Source: Octopus sinensis
Taxonomy: Eukaryota
DNA length: 64,000 nt
Assembly: GCF_006345805.1 (NCBI RefSeq)
Contig: NC_043010.1
Coordinates: forward strand, 40,796,001-40,860,000
Reading direction: 5' to 3'
Shown here: piece after piece, positions 14,408-26,716 of the stretch
How the letters are laid out: every line of letters begins with the position of its first letter
How positions within the stretch are numbered: position 1 is the stretch's first letter
The notes under the pieces: model-generated
What the model saw: the letters and a program-made list of their open reading frames with translations, nothing else
What the model was told of the DNA's origin: nothing
The model's database searches: none
Program-made: the position numbers and the translations under genes

Positions 14408-14642
14408 AAGGCGGCGAGCTGGCAGAATCGTTAGCACGCCGGGCAAAATGCTTAGCAGCGATTCCTCTGCCGTTATGTTCTGAGTTCAAATTCCGCCGAG
14501 GTCGACTTTGCCTTTCATTCTTTCGGGGTCGGTTAAATAAGTACCAAGTTACGTACTGTGGTCGATGCAATCGACTTAATCCCTTTGTCTGTCCTTGTTT
14601 GTCCCCTTTATGTTTAGCCCCCTATGAGCAATAAAGAAATAG
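14408..14642 (+). mobile_element. SINE family C (tail type 1)
   Basis: AAGGCGGCGAGCTGGCAGAATCGTTAGC head; GAGTTCAAATTCC B box; CGAGGTCGACTTTGCCTTTCAT.CTTTCGGGGTC body. Confidence 0.88.
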
Positions 14643-16184
14643 ATGATACTTTGTTGGAGGGACGCATGCGATTTTCAGTCGTATGAGGCTCAGCAGCAGC
14701 CAGAAATATTTGACAACGAATCGAACAAGAAATTTATATACAGCCGTTCGACCTGGTAGAATTAGTAACTAAACACCCCTAAAATCTACAGCGTATCCTC
14801 TTGGGGGATAGTCATTGAACATATTTCCTCGTAGGTTCGGAACTCGCGCTTGATACCAAAAACAGGCCAACGAACAAAACAACATCTACTGGAGTGCAAC
14901 CAGCGATCTATCAAATCACACTCCTCCGTTTTTAAAAGAAGATAATTTAGTTTAATGTAGCCAATTATGTGAGGGGAAACAAACGAAGAATAAATGGTCT
15001 CAGTACTTGGCAGGTACTTTATTTACGAAGCCCGAAAGGATGAAAGTCAACCGCTGCAGAGTTTACCCTCCGCTCTTACATTTCGTCTTACATACAGTGT
15101 GTATGAAAATCATATCATTTAAATGTATCGTCCTTTATTTTTATAACGGTAGAATATTTGAGGAGAATTTGTCTGCTGTTTCTAACATAATGTGGACCAT
15201 GCAATGGCTTCCTTGTTCGCTAAAAATTAAATTCTCAACATCATTTTTACTATCGAGCATTCCGAGGGTTGACAAAAAAAGTTCTAGTTATATTCTTGGT
15301 TAGATCTAATTAAATGTACCCCAGCGAAAAATTGAGTCAAATACGTTGAGCATTTTACTTACGTACAAGTCAAATGCTTCGGCCAAAATTAACAATGATA
15401 AAACGATTTGCAAACCGATACACCAAGACGATTTTGGAGGACCCAATATTCTATGTTAAATGCAGCGGGGTTTGCAAAGATAGCGTTTACTCTGCGTATA
15501 TATTACTTTGACTTAGAAAAATACGATACGAAGTTTACGCTTTGCGGTCATTCTTCAGGAAGTTGATTTCGCCTTTCATCTATTGAAGTCGCTGTTTGTT
15601 GAAATTTTTGGCTTCCTCCCTACGTTAAACATCAATAGTATTCTTTCTTTGCATTGTTTGCTTATTTGTCATTCCGTTGCGGCCATTCTAGAGCACCGAC
15701 TTCAATGGTTTTAAACGAACCAATCGATCATAGTCTCCTGTGTTTCTCGGTTTCTGGCCAAATCAATTACGTTAGAGGACATTAAAGAACATATGACATA
15801 CACGAATGCATCTTCATATAACTCTTTATTTCAGCCATTAGACTGCAACCATGCCGGAGCAACGCATTGAAGAGTTTATCTGCACAAATCGAACCTATTC
15901 TTTATCCTTTTACAATCTCATATTTATTCTATCGCTCCCTTATGTCAAACTGCTATGTTACGAGGACGCAAACGAAAGAAACATAAGTTGACACGTGGGA
16001 TCAAGTACATGCGCGCGCATACAAGTAAACGACGTTAAGCCAAATTCATTCATGAAGCTTTGATCTATTTGAGGCTATAGTTGAAGACACCTAGAGGTGC
16101 CGTGCTGTGATACTGAATCCGAAAGCACATGGTTGCAAATCGAGGGCAGTTAACCACAAACTGGATCTGCATCCTCTCTTTCTT

Positions 16185-16520
16185 CATGGTTCCGGTTTCG
16201 GACCTATGCTTGGTACCTTGAGCAAGTGTCTTCTTCTATAGCCTCGGACTGACCAAAGCCTTGTGAGTGGATTCGGTAGACGGAAACGGAAATCCCGTCG
16301 AATTTGTGTGTGTATCCGTGTATGTTTTCCTCCGCCGATTGGTAACCGATGTTGGTGTGTTTACGTCTCCGTATATTAGTGGTTCGGCAAAAGAGATCGA
16401 TAAAAATAAGTACCAGGCTTTAAAATCTTGGGGGTGATTTGTTAGACTAAAACACTTCAAAGCTGTGCTCCAGCATGGCCGCGGTCAAATGACTCAAACA
16501 AGTAAATGATAAAAGATATG
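16185..16520 (+). mobile_element. SINE family B (5'-truncated)
   Basis: CCTTGAGCAAGTGTCTTC..CCAAAGCCTTGTGAGTGGATTCGGTAGACGGAAAC...GCTCCAGCATGGCCGCGGTCAAATGACT. Isolated B heads also lie at ~16070-16165 and ~16640-16765 (minus). Confidence 0.85.
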
Positions 16521-18514
16521 ATCTTGATGTTAGTTCGAAGTTTATGATTGCTCTCCTTCCTCAGACACACACTCTTTCTATCTCCCTCTCCGTCTGTCCT
16601 CGTGATGCAATTCCACACAGTTTACGACGTCTACGTTCCACTGAAAAGTCGCCATTCCACCCAGGACCCTTGCTGGATAGATATACAGTACACTAGTGTT
16701 GAACCCGAAACCACATATTTGCCAGGTAGGCTACTTTACCGCATAGCCATGCCTGCGCCTATGTTGGTGTTTTGCCAGAATCTATAGAATGATAAACTGA
16801 TAAACGGAGCAGCTTTTGTAAATTGTTCCTTGTAATATTGGCCAGTGACACTTTGTATATAGAGAATGTGTGACCCGACAGTTCGACTCACGAAACGCCC
16901 TCTCTCCATTATCACACCACTTCCAAAATATTATCTTTTATTGGCAATCTTCCCTGAATTTCCCATTTGATCTTCTCAACTATCTTTAACAGGAGAGAAA
17001 ATCCGAATTCATCCAAAACGATAACATTTTTAGAGAGAAATTGAGATACATTTCTTCGAATAGTTGAAGAGAAATGTTTTCTGTCTGTAAAAAAAAAGTG
17101 TTTTAACACAAATATCATTGATTTCTTTAAATGTAACTGCAATAATATAAGAAGTTACTTAATATGAGAACGCGAAAAAGCTCTAATCGATTGGAATTTG
17201 CTGCAATACTTAAATGGAATTTATTCTATCAACCTTTGATGGAACACGAGTAAGTCGGCTACCAGGTACATGTTGACTTTTCCACACAAAGTTATAAGAG
17301 ACAAAATACTAAACATCATAATCCTGTTCTACCGAATCGGATTTCCATTGTCCTTTTAATACAGAACCCTAACCATAACCGTTATTCGCCAACGACTTAG
17401 TAGTACGAATCGTACCTTAGATAATTGTTTTAAGTAGCCTTATGTAATAAATAGAAATCCCCTTTATAATACACTGCGAAACATCCAGGATGTAACCTTT
17501 TGAGGGAGATGGGGTTACCTTCACTCTACTTATTTCAACTGATTAATCCGAAACAATGTGGAAGGATGTACTTTGCTCAAAAACACAATGCGCTGTCCAA
17601 TCCAGGAATGCAACCCAAAGCTTTATGTCAGTGAGTCGAAAACACTAACTAGGTGCGTTCACGCATGAAAATAATACGCAAATATTAAACAACTTTTAAT
17701 AATGTATTACGGGTGGGAAAAGAAATAAGAAACCCGTCCACAGGTATCTCAAATCTGCTCTTCCCAATGTTCGTTTAAAATACATCGAGTTTTAGTCGTC
17801 ACTTAACTTAGGTATCCATGTTTATTCACTTTTTTGTTTTCTTCTTTCCCGACGTTTATTCTATTGTGTATGGATTTGTTATTAATGCAACCAGGGTGTT
17901 GCTCGTGCTCGAAATGATGAATAGAAGGAACTGTTTCTGGGCCGGGATAACATAGAATCTGTGGTGAGAATGACAAGAAACAGAAAAGAGATACAGTGCG
18001 GTATTTCATCTGAGGCTCAAAAACTTTCCACAAACCAATATTCCAGGTTTGGTATATTATTTATCGACCTTGAGTCAATGGAAAGCAGAGTTGAAATCTG
18101 TGCGATTTGAACTCAGAGTACTGGATGCTAATGTAACAGTGATCTAACGATTCTGATAGCACACTGCCATACATACCTATGTGATTAAGCTAAACGAAAT
18201 TCAGTAGAAAACATAATTTACATTTTACTTAAATTTGTGTGCATGTATAAAAAGGTGCTATCGCCGCCATAGCTGAATGGTGAGGAATGCCACCTTGCAA
18301 TCACGAGTTTCTGCGTTCAATCTCAATATATAGAGAGTTGAGAAAGTGTTTTCCAACTCGGATTGATCCAGGCTTTATGAGTGAAATATGGTTGAAGAAT
18401 GTGTAAACGCAAGGTTATATGGAATTATACCTTTAAGGTAGAGATCCAATTGTGCCTCACTCACACAGACCGTCTTTGAATTAGGTTAAAGGTACACGTG
18501 TCTGGTAATGCGTA

Positions 18515-18840
18515 TACATATACCGGCGCTCCGTCGGTTAGGGCGAAGAGGGTTCCAGTTGATCAGATCAACAGAACAGCCTGCTCGTGAAATTAACGTG
18601 CAAGTGACTGAGCATTCCACAGACACGCGTACACTTAACGTGGTTCCCAAGGAGATTCAATGCTACACAGAATGTTACAAGGCTGCCCCTTGAAATACAG
18701 GTACTACTTATGTTGACAGCGAACTGAACTGGAACAAAGTAACACTAAAGTGTCTTGCTCAAGGACAGAAACCGCTGCCGGGAATCGAAATCATGAACTT
18801 GGGACCGTGAGCCGAACACCGTAACCACCGAGCCTCGCGC
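18515..18840 (-). mobile_element. SINE with CORE-like middle and family-A 3' half
   Basis: tRNA-like head, CCTTGAGCAAGACACTTTAG..CCAGTTCAGTTC block, then GTACCTGTATTTCAAGGGG...CGTCGG..ACCGACGGAG as in family A. Confidence 0.75.
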
Positions 18841-19479
18841 CTTTACTCAGGCAAATACACGTTAATTCAGGAGCAGGTAATTCAGTTGCAGAATAAACTG
18901 AAAGCCGATGGTCAGAGGTTCCGAAATATCTTTTGCCTCGGGCGAACCTGACATTTGTTAATGAAATAAAGTTGGTGGAAACCGCATAAAGCCGAGGTCA
19001 GTAGAAAGGAATCATGACTGCAAAGCAGCCGCAGTCTGTCATACACCGTGCCTAAAGATTACCTCAAAATATCTATAAAAAGACTCGAACAGCTTATACA
19101 TTTATATTAAAGATACGTAATTCGCTCGGAATGCATGCAGGAACAGGAGACCGCCGAACGAGACTCAAAATGCTTTTTGTTTTATTGGATCGTGTGGAGG
19201 TGCTTATATATATGAGAAGCGTACATTTCCATGTGCATATCTGTGCATGTGTGTGATTGTTGACTTGGCTTGTGTTTGATCGTAATTTTCATTGTACTTC
19301 TGTATCTACATAATTATAAGCTTTGATACCTTCCTTCAAATATAGTTTGTTTCCCGGCAGCAATATTTTCCTCTGCATGCAAAACAAACATTCAAAAATA
19401 TGCAGACATACAAAATTAAAATTACAGAATTATACACAATTACAAACATACAGTATTCATCCATCCACATATGTATGCA

Positions 19480-19533
<54 letters not shown>

Positions 19534-19574
19534 AGTATCTCTGCGTGAAAGAATATATACATATAAGAGAGAGA

Positions 19575-19720
19575 GGCGGTGTGGCAGTACGGTAGGAGAC
19601 TTGTTTCTCAACCACATGGTTCCAAATTCAGTCCAGCTGCATGGCACCTTGGACAAGTGTCTTCTATTAGGGTCAAAGCCTTGTGAGTGGATTTGGCTGA
19701 CGGAAACTGTAAAGAAGCTC
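19575..19720 (+). mobile_element. SINE family B 5' half
   Basis: Head through AAAGAAGCTCATCG, ending in microsatellite. Confidence 0.8.
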
Positions 19721-19732
19721 ATCGTGTATGTA

Positions 19733-19734
<2 letters not shown>

Positions 19735-19788
<54 letters not shown>

Positions 19789-20019
19789 GTGTGTGTGTGT
19801 GTGTGTGTGTGTCTGTGTGTATATTTACACAGACAGATGTATATATTTATATAGGGACATATGTAAATATTGATATATGTATGTGTATCTATGTAGATAT
19901 ATGTGTGTGTGCATATGGATGTGTCAGATATTGAATATATTGATATCTTCTATCCATTCTAAAACAATAGTAATTTTATCTCAAATATTCGAGATTAAAC
20001 TCAATATTTTATATCTCAT

Positions 20020-20078
<59 letters not shown>

Positions 20079-20740
20079 GCGAGTATATGTGTAGACACAT
20101 AAATGTATACACATAGATATTTAATAAGAGAATACATGAATATATTTAACTAAAGATATTTAATTATACATGTGTGTATATGTGTGCGTGTATGTGTTCA
20201 TATATATATATAGAGAGAGAGAGCTGGAGAGATAAATAGATATCGTTATTTATACAGACATCCAGAAGAGTGTCTGTGTGTATATGTGTTCCACCATTAT
20301 TTTTATCAGCTATTTCTTTTTTACTCTTTGACAAAAAGCTTTTATCAGCAATAAACAATAAAGCAATAATAATAAAATTTATTATTATTAGTATTATTAT
20401 TACTACTACTACTACTACTACTACTACTATTATTATTATTATCGTCTTTGTTGTTATTATCGCTGATATTATAAGCTGTCAACTGATGTTATCTTCACTG
20501 TTTAATAAGCAACTATCTTCGATCACGCCTCATACCTGCCAGATACATGCATTGGCGTATGCGCATGCGTATGTGTGTTTTCTGTATTCTACGTTTTTGT
20601 TGTTTTAGTTGCAATTTGTTCGTTCTTTTTCTTTTTTTTTTGCACGGGCGTGTGTATTCGCGCGTTTGAGTACGTGTATACATACATATGTGTGTGCACG
20701 TATGTGTTTGTTCATATATGTGTATATATAGATATATATA

Positions 20741-20789
<49 letters not shown>

Positions 20790-20800
20790 TATATATATAC

Positions 20801-20840
<40 letters not shown>

Positions 20841-20900
20841 CTGTATACTGTATACATTATATATAAATTTATATATATATATATATATACACATCACACA
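19735..20900. repeat. Microsatellite cluster: (TA)n, (TG)n, (TAT)n/(TAC)n
   Basis: Tracts at ~19735-19815, 20020-20075, 20385-20440, 20720-20890. Confidence 0.9.
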
Positions 20901-20954
20901 CACAGAGTGGTGGGAGCTACTATATGAGTGCGTATTTGTATTCGAATGTGTATG

Positions 20955-21605
20955 AGATCCAGTAGCCTTGAACTCCATCTGGTGTCGGGGCCTTCTAGTT
21001 GCCCTTTTTTTCTTTTTCCTGCTGATTTCCTTCACTTCGCAAACTGGAATGACTAGTTCTGCCTGTTTTGGACAGACTACTGCTTGTTTCAGTTCTTGCA
21101 ACCATTCAGTATCCTTCTTTTGCGCTTTGTCTTTGCTCCAGATATCACGTATTATCTGGTATCAACTTTTCATCTGTACACTCTTCCTTTATTTCTTTGT
21201 AGAGTCTCCTCTGATCTACTTTGAATAACCTATTCTGCTGGTACCCCTTCATTCTTTGGTCATATCTTACTATCGTTGCTTTCTTTGCAACGAGGCGCTG
21301 TTCTAGTTCCTCCATTACTACTTTCAAGCCCTTTCTTTCAATATCATACTTCCTATTCAGTGCCCCGTATTTTTGTTCGCTTTTAAGCTCCTCCTTTTCT
21401 TTTCAGTCTAACACAGAAATCTCCTTCGAGAACATATCTAACCCCGCCTGTATTCTTCTTTTCCAACATGGATCTTTTCTTTTGTCACTCCCATTATATT
21501 TATTTTTCTTGACATCAACGCCCACATTTTCTGCTACACTAATACTTTCTGCCTTGATCAAATTATTTCTTTCTGTGATGTGTAGATGAGAAATGAACGC
21601 AGGCA
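20955..21605 (-). pseudogene. R4/Dong-like non-LTR retrotransposon fragment (pre-RT region and domain 0)
   Basis: EELEQRLVAKKATIVRYDQRMKGYQQNRLFKVDQRRLY and [14 protein letters not shown] (NWKAPGPDG-like). Interrupted by stops and frameshifts. Confidence 0.8.
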
Positions 21606-21804
21606 TATATTTTTATCGCACCATAATTTAGATTCGTTCCTTCTGGATTCTGAGATCGAATTCCTACGGTAGTCCTACGTCATCCTTTATTCACCCAAGG
21701 TCGGTTAGTAGACTAATTATTACTAGGTTATGTACCGAATCCATAAGGCTCTAATCATGCATACTCATGTTTCATGAGTGACGTGAATTAAGAAATATTA
21801 CATT

Positions 21805-22170
21805 ATCATCATTGCCATCCTCTCTTCCTCATCATCATCATCACTATATCATATTAAACTCTAAGCATCAGGGTCACTTGAGTATCACAACAAATCCATC
21901 ATCATTGTCATCATTGTCGTTGTTGTTATCACTACAAAACAATCTTTTCGACACCATCCTCACCATTTCATCATCTAATTATTGTCATCACCACATCATT
22001 ATCATCATCATCTTTACTGCATTTTCGTCAATACATACCCATAATCTACATCACAAAATTATCATCACTATACTGTCATTTCACCTCTCGTCACTACATT
22101 ATTTTAACATCATCACCACCATGTCAGCATCTCAAATTCATCATCATCACAACGTAAACTTTATCATTAT
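21805..22170 (+). repeat. Degenerate (CAT)n low-complexity tract
   Basis: Decayed CAT/CAC triplets giving a spurious poly-His/Ile ORF. A similar tract lies at ~62015-62180. Confidence 0.8.
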
Positions 22171-22608
22171 CTTTATCAGCTACATCCATGCAATACACGA
22201 ACGTTATATTAAAATACTATAATTATGAAACAAAAATAAAAACTGGAATTGGGTGAGACTAACAATCAGCTTCAGAAAATCAAATTTACAAATTTTAAAG
22301 ACCAGATCCATTCTATTTTTTCCTGGTCTGTATTGACCAAAAATTTCCATCAACTGTTCTTAATGGAGTTACTTCCCTTGGTAAGTTTATGTTTTAAACA
22401 CCACCATTAGAGGAAATTTTGTCCACTAAATTACTTGGATAATCTCATTTCTTAAATGGAAGCGTGTGATATGAATGCGAAATAGCCATATTTAGCTTAA
22501 AGATCCCAGTAACGTAAACTCGTTGTCACGTAATATTCTGTTTCAGTTTCAATACGATATGTACTCAGTAGTTCTTCTTTATTCGTTTGTCAAAAAGCAA
22601 TGTACGTA

Positions 22609-22611
<3 letters not shown>

Positions 22612-22665
<54 letters not shown>
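22612..22665. repeat. (CT)n(CA)n microsatellite
   Basis: Direct reading. Confidence 0.95.
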
Positions 22666-22667
<2 letters not shown>

Positions 22668-22669
22668 CT

Positions 22670-23345
22670 CTTTTACTCTTTTACTTGTTTCAGTCATTTG
22701 ACTGCGGCCATGCGGGAGCACCGCCTTTTAGTCGAGCAAATCGACCCCGGGACTTATTCTTTGTAAGCCCAGTACTTATTCTATCGGTCTCTTTTGCCGA
22801 ACCGCTAAGTAACGGGGACGTAAACACACCAGCATCAGTTGTCAAGCAATGCTAGGGGGACAAACACAGACACACAAACATATACACACACACTTATATA
22901 TATCATCATCATTGTTCGACCGTGGTCGAGACTTTCATAGTCTTTTCAAATGGCTAATAATGTGTGCGCATGCCGCTACTACACACATTGGAAAGCATTG
23001 TACAACCAAGTACTAAAGAAGATCTTTCCTCCTCCATGAAACAAAGCTGTTCCCGCTGGACGTCAACCCAGTATTTCTAAGCTACGGACCGAATGATTTA
23101 TTGTAAGGTTATCTCCCTAGATAGATTGCCTTCACTACGGCTAAGGAGCCCTTTCTACCCCATATATATATATACACATATATACGACAGGCTTCTTTCA
23201 GTTTCCGTCTACCAAATCCACTCACAAGGCATTGGTCGGCCCAGGGCTATAGCAGAAGACACTTGCCCAAGATGCCACGCAGTGGGACTGAACCCGGAAC
23301 CATGTGGCTGGTTAACAAGCTACTTACCACACAGCCACTCCTGCG

Positions 23346-23347
<2 letters not shown>
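22670..23347 (-). mobile_element. SINE family B, full length, interrupted by a nested insert
   Basis: Tail 22670-22900, head 23165-23347, both close to the 33631 copy. Confidence 0.88.
22903..23160 (-). mobile_element. Short nested retroposon with (GAT)n tail
   Basis: Non-B sequence inserted in the (TA)n core of SINE B; begins on plus with ATCATCATCAT. Confidence 0.55.

Positions 23348-23425
<78 letters not shown>
23348..23425. repeat. (TA)n(GA)n microsatellite
   Basis: Direct reading. Confidence 0.95.
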
Positions 23426-23427
<2 letters not shown>

Positions 23428-24374
23428 TGAGTGAGTAAGTCTGTCTATGTAAATCGGTGTGTTGATTCACTTCCCTTTTTGTCCAACAGTTAAGTTGTCT
23501 ATATAATAATATCCATAGACATGACTAAAGTAAGTACTGGCTGTAAATATCAACGACTAAACCTTTGAAAACAGCGCTCCAGCTTGGCCAAAGTCTGGTG
23601 ACTGAAATCAGTAAACTAACAAAAGATTGAATTATCGGTGTCTGCTTTAGAAGTGTCCTCAGCGTAAGTTTTCATTGTACCTGAAATTAATCTTAAGTCT
23701 CACGATGGGAGGTCGTTTGACGAAGTCTCTCCTAATTACCAACTAGTTATTGAGTAAAACATTTACCACGAAGATGGATCGATTTTGCCTGGTTGAACAT
23801 CCGCTCGGCATCATTTATTAATGGACTGGTGTATCAGACAATTGCCACATTACATAGATAAATTATTCTTGTTAAAATAAAGCATTAACCTATTGTACAC
23901 GACTTAAACACAGACAGACCAGATGATTACGTATACACACACTCAGAAACACAAACACTATATATATATATATATGTATATATATATAGTCTAGGCGTGT
24001 ATATTTGTTTATTACGTGTCTTGTCTTAAAGGTTTATAGCTTGGACTCGATGGTTTTCACTAAAACCGGTGAAGGCATTAACACAGATTAGGTGCGTTTC
24101 ATTAACTCTCTTTTAAAGAAGAAAAAAGAATACCTGTATTTTTATTTTTTAATTTTTTAATTAGTCCTCAGAATTACTGGACACTACGGCCAGGCTTGAG
24201 CAATGCCTTCGAGAGTTTACTCTCTCCGATTGACTCGAGTAATTTTTGTCTTTCAGTTAGATATTTAATCTTTTGATCTCAGCTCGGATATGACTGGGGC
24301 ACAACACAAAATGGTGTTGAGATCAATATGAACGCGTGCGCACATGCACGCATACATATATGTTGTTATTATAA

Positions 24375-24865
24375 TTTATTATTATTATTATCATTATTAT
24401 TATTATTCTATGTTTGACTTTTGTTTTACATTTGTACAAGTTGGCTACAAGTCTCACCCAGAGACCTCAAGAGACAACAAGTTGGAAGTTCATGTTGGTG
24501 TTATGCGTAGGGTGCCATATATTTGGGTTTGTACTTAGTGTTGTACTAGTGGATGTCTAAAAAAAAACATACAAATTATGTTTGTTTTAAATCTTGAGAT
24601 TACATAGAAAGTATTTTGCGTAGGATATGAGCAGTTTCCGTGAACACTATCTTTTGAATTTCTGCTATTTTGGGGTTTCCTGGTATCTGAGTTAAGTAGC
24701 AATCAGCCCCTTTTGCTATCATTCCCAGGGCACCTATGACAACAGGTATTGTTTTAGTTTTCAGGTTCCACATTTTGCTAATTTCTATTTCAAGATCTTT
24801 ATATTTGCTCAGTTTTTGGTAGGTCTTGACAGATACGTTTATATCGATTGGGACAGTCATATCTG
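24375..24865 (-). mobile_element. R4/Dong-like LINE 3' end (restriction-like endonuclease C-terminus, 3' UTR, (TAA)n tail)
   Basis: DMTVPIDINVSVKTYQKLSKYKDLEIEISKMWNLKTKTIPVVIGALGMI...ETAHILRKILSM* (24600-24862), followed by ~190-nt UTR and a TAA-type tail. Confidence 0.85.
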
Positions 24866-24882
24866 TTATTATTATCATTATA

Positions 24883-24927
<45 letters not shown>

Positions 24928-24929
24928 GT

Positions 24930-25128
24930 GAGGCAGCGTGCTGACAGAAACGTTAGCAAGCCCGGCAAAATCCTTAACCGAATTACGTGCATCTTTGCGT
25001 TCTGAGTTCTAATTTCGCCGAGGTCGACTTTGGCTTTCATCATTTCGGGATCGATAAATTAAGTACCAGTGAAACACTGGTGTCAATATAATTAACTACT
25101 TCCCCCTCTCCCCAAATTTCAGGCATTC
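24930..25128 (+). mobile_element. SINE family C (tail type 2), after (ATT)n
   Basis: Same head and body; tail TTCCCCCTCTCCCCAAATTTCAGGC. Confidence 0.8.
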
Positions 25129-25316
25129 CAACACTTTTTCTGCAAAATAGGGGTAGCTTATCCTGTTCAGGCTATATTATTAGCATTTTCCAGCATTTGA
25201 GAATTTAAAATCACTTCTTTAACGTTCTAAGACATCACGAGATGTAAAGACATTTATACACATGCATGTCTTCGCAGAGATAAGTACGCACACATGCATA
25301 CATACACACGCTATAT

Positions 25317-25344
<28 letters not shown>

Positions 25345-25356
<12 letters not shown>

Positions 25357-25630
25357 AGATGTACTCGCATAGCAAGTGATTTGATCTGAGATCGTGTGCT
25401 GAAACGAAAACAATTGCAGCGTGGAAGGTGTTGTAAGCCATTTAAGAAACACACAAAAACCGTTCGATTCACTTCAACATTTAAGTTTAATTGTCAAAAT
25501 ATTTTCGTCGCTAAATCCGCGACCTGTTCACGAAAATATTTTGACAAATTAAACTTAAATGTTGAAGCGAATCGAACGGCTTTTGTGTTTCTTAAATGGC
25601 TTACAAACACCTTCCACGCTGCAATTGTTT
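25345..25630. mobile_element. Fold-back element with ~100-bp arms (about 25409-25508 / 25530-25630), probably inverted Penelope-like terminal repeat
   Basis: AAACAATTGCAGCGTGGAAGGTG...CAAAATATTTTCGT mirrored by ACGAAAATATTTTG...CACCTTCCACGCTGCAATTGTTT. Bounded by (TA)n on both sides; the loop is a hammerhead-like core. Confidence 0.75.
25491..25531 (-). ncRNA. Hammerhead core variant (G3-C8) lacking an adjacent stem-I 5' strand
   Basis: Minus: GTGAACA-G-GTCGC-ggattta-GCGAC-GAAA-ATAT-T-T-TGACAA. Perfect 5-bp stem II, palindromic AATATT stem III, compensatory C3G/G8C swap. The stem-I partner TTGTCA is displaced 10 nt upstream by an inverted duplication. Confidence 0.55.
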
Positions 25631-26449
25631 ATATATATATATATATGCATACTCACGTACACCATACATTTACACGCACACACACCCACACACATGTGCG
25701 CGCACACACACACACACACACACGCGCGCGCAACTGATACACACAGCTGATGTACATAATTTACATACTCACATATAGATGCACACAAGCACACACAAAT
25801 TTAACACGCACTTGCACCCGCAAGTACACACACCCTAGGAAACACATACATACACACCGTCGTGGTGATACCACGAGCCCTCACCCATACGCCACCTTAC
25901 ACGTACACCCACATACACAATATCACACACATAGGAAATGCATGCGCATCAACATACACAATCACGCATTCATACAGCAGGCTTACACACACGCACACAC
26001 ACACATGCACACAGCCTCGCCGACTATCGACGATGCTTCAGTTCCTTCTAAAACTATTTAGACTGGAAAGCGCAACTCGCTTCCTGTCCAGTCCTGCTGT
26101 CCAAGAAATTCAGATGGGATCGAGCTCTATTTTGATCAATTCGATATTTAATAATATTTTCAGTAACACCATGTGATCCGTCCCAACAGACAGCAGCCCA
26201 GTCTGCAGCATCCGACTTGGACTTCCTGCAATCCCCAACCACACTGTAAACGGGCATTCAAATATCTTATCTGCATGATCAGTTGATCAAACTTACCTGT
26301 GGACTGTATCTTGTTGACACAAGCCATCACTATTTCTTTTGAATTCCAAATTTAACACGGCCTTCGTTTCTCAGCTGTGCCAGTACTAAGAGCTGTATAA
26401 CCAGTTTCAGTCATCTTTATCCCTTTAGCATTCAGATTACTCTGTCAAA

Positions 26450-26716
26450 TGTAGAGCAAGACACTTTATTTCACCCTCCTCCAATTCACCCGGCTTGAAA
26501 AAAATGAGTTGTACTTCTAATTCAAAGGCCTAGCCTTGCCACATTCCGTAGATGTCTGTATAAATAACGATATCTGTCTGTCTCTCGAGCTGAGAACTAC
26601 GTTAAGGGTACACGTATCTGTGGAGTGCTCAGCCACCTGTACGTTAATTCTACGAGCAGGGAGTTCCATTGATCGGATCAACTGGAACCCCCATCGTCGT
26701 AACCGACGGAGTTGCC
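26450..26716 (+). mobile_element. Second CORE-like plus A-tail SINE, 5'-truncated, with ~41-bp insertion
   Basis: GAGCAAGACACTTTATTTCAC.. then GAGAACTACGTTAAGGGTACACG...CGTCGTAACCGACGGAG. Confidence 0.7.
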
